A stretch of DNA of 62,685 nucleotides from a virus (IMGVR_UViG_3300032242_000480:1-62685); one strand, 5' to 3'. Positions 45,906 through 55,426 are shown, counted from the stretch's first letter. Notes: generated by a model from the sequence alone, not told the origin. Numbers and translations are program-made.

Positions 45906-46361
45906 TTAAGTGCCTTTGCCAAAGCTGGTCGAGGATTTGCCTTCTTTGAAGATAGGCATCCGCGCATCGCTCTGACGCATCAAATTGTTGTCCACAGCTT
46001 CAGCTTGAGATTGTGTGATCCGTGCAAAATGTTCATTTCGCTGGCGCACAAAGTCTTCTGGAGTCTTGCAGAGCAACAACCCGCCAACCTCAATGTTGTC
46101 GCGAAAGCGACTCTGAGGATCAGCTAACAGTCGGAATTTGGGTTGTTCCTCGAGTGCAACGGGTTCCCAGCCTTCACGTAGTTTGGACGAAAGGTTGCGG
46201 GGGTCTGCGTTGTTCAACGTCGAGACACGAATCCAGCGATAGCTGTAACCCGGCTGCTTGTCTGGCTCGGGCAACAATTCGGGAGACATCCACTGCTTGG
46301 GACGCTCCGCCATATCGCGTGTGGTCAACTCGCGTGTGAGTTTTTGATCTTTTTCAGCCAT
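45906..46361 (-). CDS. Hypothetical head-module protein
   Basis: YRWIR, REGWEPV, GGLLLCK. Confidence 0.75.
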   Translation of the reverse strand: MAEKDQKLTRELTTRDMAERPKQWMSPELLPEPDKQPGYSYRWIRVSTLNNADPRNLSSKLREGWEPVALEEQPKFRLLADPQSRFRDNIEVGGLLLCKTPEDFVRQRNEHFARITQSQAEAVDNNLMRQSDARMPIFKEGKSSTSFGKGT

Positions 46362-47292
46362 TGCGGGCCTCCAATTCAAGTTGTGCCTTCACATATTGTT
46401 CGGGCGTTAAACCCAGCTTCTTTGCCAGATTTACTTGGCTTTGCTTCAGCTTCACCTTGTTAGATGATGTGCTGCGAACTGCCGGGGCTACCACTGTTCC
46501 TGCTCTTGTACGGGAACCCTGTTTGCCCTCATCCTCGAATTTCTCCGGGAATCGTTTGCGCATGGTTTTGTCCAACGCTTGGTAATACTCATCAGAACCA
46601 ACCTCAATCCCATTGCTGCTCAGGTCTTCGTGTAAACCCAGCGCAAAGGCCGTCATTCCCTTGTCTTGCCCGAACCAGCCATTTCGCTTTTGCCAAGAAA
46701 CGGCTTTTTCGTCTGGTTGAGGAACGCTCGGTGCAGGTTGATACTGCACAGTTTGCGTTTGTACAGGAGATTCTTCCTCCTGTAAAGATGGCATACGAAA
46801 GTTTTTTGCCTGAATCAATTTGATGTTGGCAAGTTGCAATGCTTGCTGGGCTTCCACAACTTTGTCTGAATCGCCAGCTTCGTATGCTTCTTTGTATGCG
46901 CGTTTTGCGTTCTCCATCTCCATTTGGGCGGAGTGCTGGACGGTTGTCACATACTCTTTTTCACCCGTGGTGAGAATGGTTTTGATGCGCTTGTTTTCTT
47001 CCAGCAGGCGCTGCGCCAAAGCGATTGCCTCTTGCTGCTCGCGCAAGGCGGACTCTTTTTCGCGGCGCTCGTCATGCCAGACCTTGCGCATCTGCTTGAG
47101 CTTGTTCTTGACGTTTTCATCATATTCGTCAATTTCATCCCGATCCAACTCTTCCTTCAAAGATGCTGGCAGAGGTGCGCGACCGCGATCCTCTTCGGGT
47201 GTGTCATCCTCGATTTCAATCTCGATTTCAGGTTTATCCTTACCATCAATTTCATCGGGGAACTTGAATTCTTCTTTGTCAAATGAAGGCAT
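46354..47292 (-). CDS. Capsid scaffolding protein
   Basis: Acidic coiled coil; N.WFG; C-terminal AKKLGLTPEQY. Confidence 0.7.
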   Translation of the reverse strand: MPSFDKEEFKFPDEIDGKDKPEIEIEIEDDTPEEDRGRAPLPASLKEELDRDEIDEYDENVKNKLKQMRKVWHDERREKESALREQQEAIALAQRLLEENKRIKTILTTGEKEYVTTVQHSAQMEMENAKRAYKEAYEAGDSDKVVEAQQALQLANIKLIQAKNFRMPSLQEEESPVQTQTVQYQPAPSVPQPDEKAVSWQKRNGWFGQDKGMTAFALGLHEDLSSNGIEVGSDEYYQALDKTMRKRFPEKFEDEGKQGSRTRAGTVVAPAVRSTSSNKVKLKQSQVNLAKKLGLTPEQYVKAQLELEARNG

Positions 47293-47303
47293 TTTGTGCT
47301 CCT

Positions 47304-47732
47304 TTATTTACGCTTGATGCCCCGTGGATCGTCCACGGTTCCGTCCACAGAATCATCATTGATCATGCGGAACTCTCGGCCATGAATGACAAGGCGCGAT
47401 CCTGCGTGTGGCTTGGTAAGGATGAAGTCACCCTTCTTGCACCACGGCCCAGTTGGAAATTTGGCTTTGTCCACATAGCAGTCCGGCCCCATGTCAACAA
47501 CGAAAAGAACCGTGGTTAGGGTCTCCTCATTGCGCATGGTTTCATCAGCTTTGATCAAACCAATTTCACTCTCCTCAAACTTGCTGTCCGCTTCCGGGAT
47601 GGCACAAAGGATTTTGTAGCCAGCAGGTTTGGGAAGTTGTTTGCCCTTTTCTTCTGCGGTTGCAGAAAAGTTATAGGCTCCCACAACTTGGGGGTTGTTG
47701 GCGTCTGTAGCCAACAAAATGGATTCAGTCAT
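47304..47732 (-). CDS. GroES-like co-chaperonin
   Basis: P.GYKIL, VVDMGPD.Y, WCKKGDFI, G.EFRMINDD. Confidence 0.8.
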   Translation of the reverse strand: MTESILLATDANNPQVVGAYNFSATAEEKGKQLPKPAGYKILCAIPEADSKFEESEIGLIKADETMRNEETLTTVLFVVDMGPDCYVDKAKFPTGPWCKKGDFILTKPHAGSRLVIHGREFRMINDDSVDGTVDDPRGIKRK

Positions 47733-47916
47733 CCGAATGCTCCAGTCTTTGCTTCAGGTCTAATGCGTATCCCCGTGCAATGAGCAGACCCCGAATCTCA
47801 CCGCACAGTCTCTTGTACTCCTCAAAGGTTGCAGCTTTACCTTCCGCCACATGGTCTTTGAGTTGTGCAATCTTTTCATCCGTTTGTTGGACGATTACGT
47901 CAAGCGCATCCATCAT
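47725..47916 (-). CDS. Small hypothetical protein
   Basis: EEYKRLCGEIRGL. Confidence 0.75.
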   Translation of the reverse strand: MMDALDVIVQQTDEKIAQLKDHVAEGKAATFEEYKRLCGEIRGLLIARGYALDLKQRLEHSDD

Positions 47917-50426
47917 TCAGCCTTTGGTTGTTTGGTTTGTTGCTGGCGCATTTGAATTCGCTCCTGCATCATGCGCAGTTGCTCTTCGTGACTCTTGTTG
48001 GAAAGCTGCTTCAAGATGTCAACTCCCGTGTCAGTCATATGCTTTTGGTTGTCTGCCCGCATCTGCACGGCGGACTTCACTGCGTCCACCTGAATGCGCT
48101 TGGCTTCTGTTGCCTGTTGCGCCTGAATGCGCTCGCGCTCGATTTGCAACTGCTGCGCCTTGAGGGCATTGTCTGCCTGATCTTTTGCAGCTTTGCGCTG
48201 GTTTTCCTGCGCCTTGAGTTGCAGTTCTTGCATTTGCATCTGCACGATCGGGTCTTGGGACTGCTGCTGGTTTTGAGCCTGTTGAGCCTGTTGCTGGTTT
48301 TGTTGCAACAGACGCTGGGCTGCTTGAGCCAACATGGGAGCCAAGCGGGCTTCCACCTCTGGGTTGAGGTGCTGCTCTTCGCCGGATTCGTCCATCTGCG
48401 GGGGCAGAGAAAAACCAAGCTGTTGCTCAATCTGCTTGCGGTACTCAAAGCCCAAGTGCTCATTGATGTGGGACATCATGGCCGCTTGCATCTGCTGGGC
48501 CATTGGGTTGTTTTGCAGCAAGGATTGAATCTTGGGGTCTTGCATCGATGCCATGTGGACAACGATGTGCGACTGGTGATCCTGAGAGATGAACGCCTTC
48601 ACTGGCTTGCCCATCAAGATGTTTTGGTTCTCAGTCACTGGGTCAACGGGCTTCATGTCATCATCCATTGGGATGAGCTTTTGCGCGTCCTTGATGCCCA
48701 GCACCTCGAGCATCTGACGATGCAAGAGAGGCAGGTTGTACAACTGAGGAGCGCCCTGCGCCAGTTGGAGAACTGACTGGTACTGCACGATCTTCTGCGC
48801 CATTGTGGAGGCGTTTGGATCGCTGACGGGGATGACATCCACGTTTTCGTAGTCGCTCTTCTTGGCGCGGCGGCTACCTTCTTCAGGGTCGTAGTCGTAG
48901 TCCTCTGGGGTGTAGGCGGCAATGATGCCCTTGAGCAAACCCAGTTCCCGCTTCATCGAGTAATGGATGCGGGCTTGAATGGCCGACATGTTTTTGAGGG
49001 TGCGCTCAAGAATTGCCAAGGTTGTGCCCACTGGAGCGTTGGCGCTCATGTCGCTGACATCCAAATCGGTTGAGTTGGCCGCACGGCGACCCTCATCAAC
49101 GATCTGGTTCAACAGAGCCATCAGGGTTTGGCTTGGCTCTTTGTATGGCAGGGGCAGCAGGTTGTCACGCAAAACACCGCTTGGCACATCCACATCGCGC
49201 CACTCGCCGGGAGAGATGGGTGTGTCATCGCCTTTGACGCGCATGCCACGGGTCTTGAAGCCACCGGGCAAGTTGCTCAACGTACCAGCATCAACCAACT
49301 GACGGATCAACGATGTGCCGGACTTGGCAAACGCACCGATCAGGTGGATCAGGCCGAAGTAGTAGAAACCAAAACCGGGCACGTAGCCATAGTGGACAAG
49401 GTGTGTGCGCTTTGTGTAGCTGTCATCATCAGGCTCCCAGTTGCGGCGCACAGCCAAAACCTTGTTGGTTCCCTTCTCGAAGGTCACGATGTATGGGAGA
49501 GCAATGCCATCCTCATGCTCAAAACCGGGCAGGTCAAGGTCAACCTGCATCTCGAGAATCTTGAAACGATCGTCGCTGGTTGCACGGAAGCCCAGCTTCT
49601 CAGCAATCTTTTTTTCGATTTCATCGAGGGAGGTCTGCGGGGTTCCCAGATCGATGTCACGGTAGAAACCGGCAACTTGAAGTTTGCGCAGTTCATTTTC
49701 CGTCTTGCGCATCACATGGGTGACGCGAGGGGTGGTCTCGAGGTTCGATGCTCCATAGGGAACAACGATGTCTTCCGCTGTGACAAATATCGATACCTGA
49801 CGTTTAAACGATGGGTCGTAGTACACCTTTTTGAAGGCGTTGCCAGACAGGCCCAAGCCCCACAACATGCGCTCATGCTCAGGACGGTATTCCGTCATGA
49901 CATCAGTCAATTGGTAGTTCATGTCATCTTGGACACGCTTGGCGGCTTCCTTCTTGGCCGGGGTCTCTTTGCCGATGATCTGCGTTTTCACAGGGCCAGC
50001 GGCGGGGAAGGTGGACATCATGGTCTCGGACTGGAACTTGACCAGAGCCTCGGACAGCATGGGGTGATAAACACCGCAGGCTCCTTCCCAAGGTTCCGAT
50101 CGCTCCTCGAGCTTCATGCCAAGGAGTTCAAGGCCGTCAACGTAGGTCTGCATCCAGTCTTTGCGGCTGGAGACATCATCCTCAAAATCAGAAGCCAACT
50201 CGCTTGCCAGTGTCTCAAGCTCTTGCTCGGACATGTCCTCTGCCAAGTTGCGGTTGAAATCATCCTCATCCTCGCCGGGTTCCATGTGGATGTCCATGTC
50301 TCCAACATGAATATCCACTGACTCGGGGTCTTCAATTTCAATCTCAATTGGGGATGAGTTGGCGTCCATCGACTCCAATTCATCCAAACCCATTGGGGCT
50401 GCGTACAGGGATTTCTCAATAGCCAT
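47913..50426 (-). CDS. Portal protein
   Basis: 837 aa directly after TerL; GNAFKKVYYD, FYYFGLIH, LVDAGTLSN; Gln-rich C-terminal coil. Confidence 0.85.
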   Translation of the reverse strand: MAIEKSLYAAPMGLDELESMDANSSPIEIEIEDPESVDIHVGDMDIHMEPGEDEDDFNRNLAEDMSEQELETLASELASDFEDDVSSRKDWMQTYVDGLELLGMKLEERSEPWEGACGVYHPMLSEALVKFQSETMMSTFPAAGPVKTQIIGKETPAKKEAAKRVQDDMNYQLTDVMTEYRPEHERMLWGLGLSGNAFKKVYYDPSFKRQVSIFVTAEDIVVPYGASNLETTPRVTHVMRKTENELRKLQVAGFYRDIDLGTPQTSLDEIEKKIAEKLGFRATSDDRFKILEMQVDLDLPGFEHEDGIALPYIVTFEKGTNKVLAVRRNWEPDDDSYTKRTHLVHYGYVPGFGFYYFGLIHLIGAFAKSGTSLIRQLVDAGTLSNLPGGFKTRGMRVKGDDTPISPGEWRDVDVPSGVLRDNLLPLPYKEPSQTLMALLNQIVDEGRRAANSTDLDVSDMSANAPVGTTLAILERTLKNMSAIQARIHYSMKRELGLLKGIIAAYTPEDYDYDPEEGSRRAKKSDYENVDVIPVSDPNASTMAQKIVQYQSVLQLAQGAPQLYNLPLLHRQMLEVLGIKDAQKLIPMDDDMKPVDPVTENQNILMGKPVKAFISQDHQSHIVVHMASMQDPKIQSLLQNNPMAQQMQAAMMSHINEHLGFEYRKQIEQQLGFSLPPQMDESGEEQHLNPEVEARLAPMLAQAAQRLLQQNQQQAQQAQNQQQSQDPIVQMQMQELQLKAQENQRKAAKDQADNALKAQQLQIERERIQAQQATEAKRIQVDAVKSAVQMRADNQKHMTDTGVDILKQLSNKSHEEQLRMMQERIQMRQQQTKQPKAE

Positions 50427-50435
50427 CGTGTGTCC

Positions 50436-51935
50436 TTAGTAGTAGGAGGCTCTGCGGCGGAAGGACTTTTCTTCATCCTGCTCATCGGAAGCCAACTGAA
50501 TGAACCCGCCGCGCCGGTAGCGCAGCAATGCTTGCGTCATTGAGTCAACCAAGTCATCATGATCGCCAGAAGGAAATGCCGCGACTTCCTCGATCAACTC
50601 ATCTGCCCAGCGCGTATTGGGCACCCAAACATGTCCAGATGCAAATATATCAGCAACGGCGTTTAAACGAGCAATTTTGTCATTGCCCTTGCTGGGTGTG
50701 AACTCTTGAACGGGGATGCCCATCGCACGAAGTTCAAAGATCAGCGGTGAGCCTGCGGCCTTGGCTTCAACGATCAGGCTGTCCACTTCCCATTCTTTGA
50801 ACTCATCAAAAGCACGTTGCTTGAGTTCCGGGAACTCCATGCGTTTCTTGAAAGCGTTGAGCAAAATGATGTTGGCGCGAGATTTGCCTGTTTCATCGTC
50901 CTGATAGAACACACCCCATGTGGTGCAAGCCGAGAAGTCGGAGCGTTCCGTCTTCAAGAAGGCTGTATCCCAAGACTGGATGATGAATTCGCAAAATGGC
51001 GGGCTGTCATGATCCCAAATCTTCCAGTATTCGCGCTTGACGATCGCGCCTTCCTCGGAAGTAGGGTTCTGTTGGTACTGCGCGTTCCATTTGGAGGTGG
51101 GAATCTCAGCCTTGATGGCCTCAAGTTCCTCTTTTTTCCAAAATCCGGGCCACAAAGGGGCACCGGAGGGCAAAAGGGCGGGAAATTCAATGACTTCCCA
51201 GCCATCTACGCCGTCTTTTTCGCTGTTTTTGAGAATCTGACCTGTCAGGTCACGTTTAGACCAGCGAGTCATCACCACAATGATGGCTCCTCCCGGCTGT
51301 AAACGCTGACGGGGGCCGGATGTGTACCACTCATACACGTTGTCAAAGACTGCGGGGTTGTTCTGCTTGGCTTCTTGTTCCGAATGGGGGTCGTCGATGA
51401 TCAAAAGATCAGCGCCCTTACCGGTAACGGCACCGCCAACACCGATAGCGAAGTAGTCGCCCCCTTCGTTGGTGTTCCATCTGCCCGCAGCCTTGGAATC
51501 TGAGGAGAGCTTGGTGTCAAACACCTTCTCATACTGCGAGGATTGAACCAAATTCCTGACCTTACGCCCGAACCCAACGGCCAGTTCTGCGGTGTGAGCA
51601 GTCTGAATGATCTTCTTTCCGGGGTGAATGCCCAAGAACCATGCCGGGAGCAAGTAGGAAGCAAACTCCGACTTGGTGTGCCGAGGAGGCATGTTGATGA
51701 TCAACCGCTTCAACTCACCAGCAGCCACACGCTCAAAGGCATCGGCCATGATCTGGTGGTGCTTGCCCGAGATAAAGCCTTCCCACATCTGCGAGACAAA
51801 GAAAATGAAAGACTGCCTGCACCTTTCAGTCTTGTCCATCTCCAGAAGCTGGCGAATCTTCCTGCGCTCATCCAGACCCACCATCGGGATCATGGAGTTC
51901 AAATCGTCAATCTCCTGCTTTGTCAGCAATGTCAT
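50436..51935 (-). CDS. terL: Terminase large subunit
   Basis: INMPPRHTKS Walker A, IIDDPH Walker B, QSWDTA and HDDLVDS nuclease motifs. Confidence 0.95.
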   Translation of the reverse strand: MTLLTKQEIDDLNSMIPMVGLDERRKIRQLLEMDKTERCRQSFIFFVSQMWEGFISGKHHQIMADAFERVAAGELKRLIINMPPRHTKSEFASYLLPAWFLGIHPGKKIIQTAHTAELAVGFGRKVRNLVQSSQYEKVFDTKLSSDSKAAGRWNTNEGGDYFAIGVGGAVTGKGADLLIIDDPHSEQEAKQNNPAVFDNVYEWYTSGPRQRLQPGGAIIVVMTRWSKRDLTGQILKNSEKDGVDGWEVIEFPALLPSGAPLWPGFWKKEELEAIKAEIPTSKWNAQYQQNPTSEEGAIVKREYWKIWDHDSPPFCEFIIQSWDTAFLKTERSDFSACTTWGVFYQDDETGKSRANIILLNAFKKRMEFPELKQRAFDEFKEWEVDSLIVEAKAAGSPLIFELRAMGIPVQEFTPSKGNDKIARLNAVADIFASGHVWVPNTRWADELIEEVAAFPSGDHDDLVDSMTQALLRYRRGGFIQLASDEQDEEKSFRRRASYY

Positions 51936-52162
51936 AGACCCAGAACTTCCTTCGCTCCCTTGTCCAACACCCGAATGGAATTGAACTTGTACGGACGCAT
52001 CGTCACCCATCCCTCATCCTGCAAATTGTGGACGATCCGGTGAATGTTCGACTTTGACTTCAAACCAATCCCATTGGCAATCACCTGATAGGAAGGAGCC
52101 ACCCCATGAATCTTCATGTAGGCACGGATGAAATCCAAAACAAGTTGGTGCTTCTCAGACAT
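51932..52162 (-). CDS. LexA-like winged-helix DNA-binding protein (no peptidase domain)
   Basis: VLDFI......G.APSYQ.IA..IGLKS.S.IHR.V..L...G; 76 aa. Confidence 0.8.
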   Translation of the reverse strand: MSEKHQLVLDFIRAYMKIHGVAPSYQVIANGIGLKSKSNIHRIVHNLQDEGWVTMRPYKFNSIRVLDKGAKEVLGL

Positions 52163-52476
52163 GGCTGAAGTTTAAACACAATTGTGAACGTTCGCAACAG
52201 TGTAAATACACTTTGCTTCGCTCAGTTGTGTAAACGCAAAAATATATAGGGGTGGGGCATTCACGTTTAAACTTGTGACGGGGGGTGTTTGGGTGGATGG
52301 TGGATGAGAACGTTCTGGTTGTGAAGAAGGGGGTGAGGGGATGAGTGAAACACAGTGCAAGGTCAGGCGGGGAGTCCCAAACGTCAAAAAGGGGTGTGGG
52401 GGTCACTCACAGCCGCTCCCGGCATTCCGCAAGCCGTACCCCAGCGCACCACAGGCCGATGACCGTAGCAGAGGCA

Positions 52477-53169
52477 TCACTGTTTAAACGGCACAGTCAA
52501 CGGCTCCACTTCCATGTCAATGATCTGCGCTCGCTTCATCGGTCTGCTGTTACTCATGAGACGCAAGTGTCCCGCCAAATCCTTCTTCAACTGCTCTGCA
52601 CTCACGCTCACCTCATCTGTGACCTTCTCCTCTTGTTTGGAGAACATCCCGACAGTCTTTCCCATCAACTCCAGTGCCTTCAAACGACTGCCCTCTTGCT
52701 TGCCTTCTTTCACATAGTGCAACAACGTCTTGAGTACGAACCGTTTGGTCGCCGCTGTGTCCTCTGCCAGCACCTCCACCGTCTCACCCCAATGCTCATT
52801 CAGCATCGCTTGGATTCTGCTGTCCTGTGCCAGCGACCATGCATTCGACTTGATCACTGTGGGCTTTGCCTTGGCATCTGGGTAGGCATCCCTGTAGGCT
52901 TGCTCTTGTGTCTTTCCCTCTATCAGTCCTCTTGCGAACTGGTACTGCTTGCCTGTCAGTGGTCTGACTCTCTCACTTCCTACAGGCTTACCGTCCACTC
53001 TCATTTTTGGAGGTTCTGCGAGAGCGGCTAACCGTTCCGCTTCGCTTATCTGACCGGGCGATTCATCCCCGTCTGCACCCTCATCCTGTGCGGCATCTTC
53101 CAAAGCCTTCATGTAGTCACCTCTGGACAGTTTGCCCTCACTGTCCAACTGCTCGCTGTGGATTTTCAT
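52477..53169 (-). CDS. terS: Terminase small subunit
   Basis: LT.KQ..FA.......TQ..AYR.AY, A..L, KALELMGK..GMF. Confidence 0.75.
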   Translation of the reverse strand: MKIHSEQLDSEGKLSRGDYMKALEDAAQDEGADGDESPGQISEAERLAALAEPPKMRVDGKPVGSERVRPLTGKQYQFARGLIEGKTQEQAYRDAYPDAKAKPTVIKSNAWSLAQDSRIQAMLNEHWGETVEVLAEDTAATKRFVLKTLLHYVKEGKQEGSRLKALELMGKTVGMFSKQEEKVTDEVSVSAEQLKKDLAGHLRLMSNSRPMKRAQIIDMEVEPLTVPFKQ

Positions 53170-53231
53170 GTCGTCACCCTCTCACTGTGTTTAAACCTAC
53201 AAGGTTCGCATGGTACAACCTACATTCGGAC

Positions 53232-53292
53232 TTGTCCACAGGGTGTGGATAACTCCCGAATTGTCCACAGGGTGCTGTGGATATGTGCATAA
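53232..53292. promoter_or_regulatory. Cluster of five DnaA-box-like 9-mers
   Basis: TTGTCCACA 53232, TGTGGATAA 53244 (perfect), TTGTCCACA 53261, TGTGGATAT 53276, TGTGCATAA 53284. Confidence 0.7.
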
Positions 53293-53566
53293 CTTATGTA
53301 AACTTTGTTATGACACATTGCGTTTAACGCCCCTGTCGTTTCCCGGCAATACCACGGTGGCCCCAGACCCTCTCAGCGCCTTGTAGGCCGTTTAAATCGG
53401 TTGTCCTTTGAAACCCTGCATTTGGTATGACACCCTGTAGTCTGCCCTCTATATAGAGCGTTTTTCCCTGCTCTCTCATGTCATCCATACCTTGTCTCAC
53501 TTCCCTGTCTGGAGTGCCCAAGCCTGTCGGTCGGACTAATAACCCCACAGATCACTCAGGTATATG

Positions 53567-53597
53567 TTGACACTGGTTTAAACACTTGTGCTATGAT
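53567..53597 (+). promoter_or_regulatory. Early promoter with GTTTAAAC in the spacer
   Basis: TTGACA-N19-TATGAT with extended -10 TG. Confidence 0.65.
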
Positions 53598-53743
53598 TCG
53601 TCCAACTGCTAGTGATAGCAGATGTGAACGGCCCACGATAAGGTCGGTCTGAGGCGAAACCCGGAGGAAGTCCGGGAGCAAGTCAGACAGGGTTCAAGCC
53701 CTGTAGCTGTCCACCGTGACGCTAGATAAAAAATCCCCTATGT

Positions 53744-54053
53744 GATTCCACCGTGATGCACAGCGTGTCTGTGCATTGCAGTGCAATCCCGCACATCACT
53801 GGAGACCCCTTATGACATACAACGAATACCACACCACCTACACCAACAAGGCCAAGAGCTACTCGATCAATGCCTGTCGCCGTGCGCTTGAAGACTGCTA
53901 CGCCACCATGACGATGTGGAACGCAGAACTCAGCGCCGAATACAGCACCCGCCTGTGGGCTGAGATAGATGCCATGCGTGAGCGCATCGCCTACCTGCAA
54001 CGCAAGCACTGATTTCACCGTGAAGCCCATGCTGTGGGCTTTGCAGTGCAACC
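53744..54053 (+). repeat. Two copies of a long irregular hairpin preceding early genes (53744-53788, 54011-54053)
   Basis: GATTYCACCGTGA-[variable hairpin]-TTGCAGTGCAAYC. Confidence 0.75.
53812..54012 (+). CDS. Early hypothetical protein
   Basis: SD GGAG; 66 aa. Confidence 0.7.
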   Translation: MTYNEYHTTYTNKAKSYSINACRRALEDCYATMTMWNAELSAEYSTRLWAEIDAMRERIAYLQRKH

Positions 54054-54079
54054 CGTTTAAACCAACCGAAAGGAAAACC

Positions 54080-54490
54080 ATGTCCCGCTCTGTCTCTTAC
54101 GCCAACAATTCTGTCCACATCGAATACGCTCACATCGACTGCGATGATGAATATGACTTTCAGTTTGTCCTTGAGGATATTCAATCGGCACTGACCCGCG
54201 CATTCCCCAGCGTCACCGAATGTGACGAATGGGTCGGGCGAGAGGATCACGCCATCGCAGAAAACCGATTTGCTTACTTTGGAATCAGCGAATACTGTGG
54301 CCTGATTTCCGTCTGGTGTACCCCAAAGGACACCGACTACTACTCTGATTCGGGGTTTGAAAACCTGCGCGATCACTGGGTTGATCAAGTGGGCAAGACG
54401 TTCCGCAAGACTGTGCGCTCTTCCGTGGGGACGCCCCTGTCTCTGGTCGGTCGATTCAGTAACGGCGAAGCTATTTTTCAGGCGGTTTAA
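54080..54490 (+). CDS. Early hypothetical protein (acidic)
   Basis: SD AAAGGA; ISEYCGL; RFSNGEA.F. Confidence 0.75.
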   Translation: MSRSVSYANNSVHIEYAHIDCDDEYDFQFVLEDIQSALTRAFPSVTECDEWVGREDHAIAENRFAYFGISEYCGLISVWCTPKDTDYYSDSGFENLRDHWVDQVGKTFRKTVRSSVGTPLSLVGRFSNGEAIFQAV

Positions 54491-54492
54491 TC

Positions 54493-54636
54493 ATGACCAA
54501 GTATTACATCCACATCCCATCATGGGCACACGCCATGACTGCATACGGCATGAACAAAAAAGATGCGCTGATTCGCTTCAAGCACCAGCATGGCATGACC
54601 CGTATGCCTACGGGCTACGGAATCTGGGAGGCATGA
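54493..54636 (+). CDS. Small early protein (47 aa; not in the ORF track)
   Basis: MTKYYIHIPSWAHAMTAYG...; ATGA overlap with the next ORF. Confidence 0.55.
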   Translation: MTKYYIHIPSWAHAMTAYGMNKKDALIRFKHQHGMTRMPTGYGIWEA

Positions 54637-54770
54637 CCATGCACATCGCCCTTATGTCCATCATGTCCGCTGGCCTGTTGGCTGTCGGACTGTCCAATGA
54701 CTGGCACACCGTGATGATTCTCGGTGGGCTGTTTACAGGTCATGCACTGACCGAACTTCTAAACCACTAG
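54633..54770 (+). CDS. Small hydrophobic protein
   Basis: SD GGAGG; two short hydrophobic segments. Confidence 0.55.
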   Translation: MTMHIALMSIMSAGLLAVGLSNDWHTVMILGGLFTGHALTELLNH

Positions 54771-54828
54771 CACTGTGTGTAAACCTGTGCAATAATATCA
54801 ACCGTTCTCATTTCACTGAAAGCACCTT

Positions 54829-55407
54829 ATGTCTCAATACCAAACCCGTGAAGAGTGGCTGACCGCCGCCGTGGAGGAACTGCGCCCTGTCTTTGAGGGT
54901 GTCGGTCGCCCTGTCCCCCAGAAAATTCGTGTGGCCTGTGGTTTCCCTCTGGATGCCAAGCGAAGCAAGGCCATCGGGCAATGCTGGGCTGACACCGCAT
55001 CGGCTGACCGCGCTATCGAAATTCTCATCAGCCCCACGCTGGATGACAAGGTCACCGTTTTTGAGACACTGGTGCATGAGCTTTGCCACGCTACCGCCGG
55101 GGCAATGAACCACGGCGTCAACTTCCAGATCGCCGCCAAGGCCATGCTCTTGCAGGGTGTGCATCAGTCCAAGCAACCTTGGAAAGCAACCAAGGGCACG
55201 GCTGACTTCCTCCCTGCATACGGCGACATGATCGAAGGCTTGGGTGACTACCCTCACGCCGCCCTCACCTTCAACACCCGCAAAACCCAAGGCACACGGA
55301 TGCTCAAGGCTTGCTGTCCATCGTGCGGGTATACCGTGCGACTGACCCAGAAGTGGGCAGATCAAGGTCTGCCTACCTGCCCCTGTGGCGACTCCCTTTC
55401 CCTGTAA
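54829..55407 (+). CDS. SprT-like zinc metalloprotease
   Basis: TLVHELCHA....HG..F; C-terminal CPSCGY...PTCPCG zinc ribbon. Confidence 0.85.
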   Translation: MSQYQTREEWLTAAVEELRPVFEGVGRPVPQKIRVACGFPLDAKRSKAIGQCWADTASADRAIEILISPTLDDKVTVFETLVHELCHATAGAMNHGVNFQIAAKAMLLQGVHQSKQPWKATKGTADFLPAYGDMIEGLGDYPHAALTFNTRKTQGTRMLKACCPSCGYTVRLTQKWADQGLPTCPCGDSLSL

Positions 55408-55426
55408 CCCCAACCGAAAGTAAATC

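Noticed and set aside
53645-53690. Hammerhead ribozyme (CTGA...GAAA)
   Set aside because: It lacks CUGAnGA with stem II and the UH cleavage triplet after stem III.
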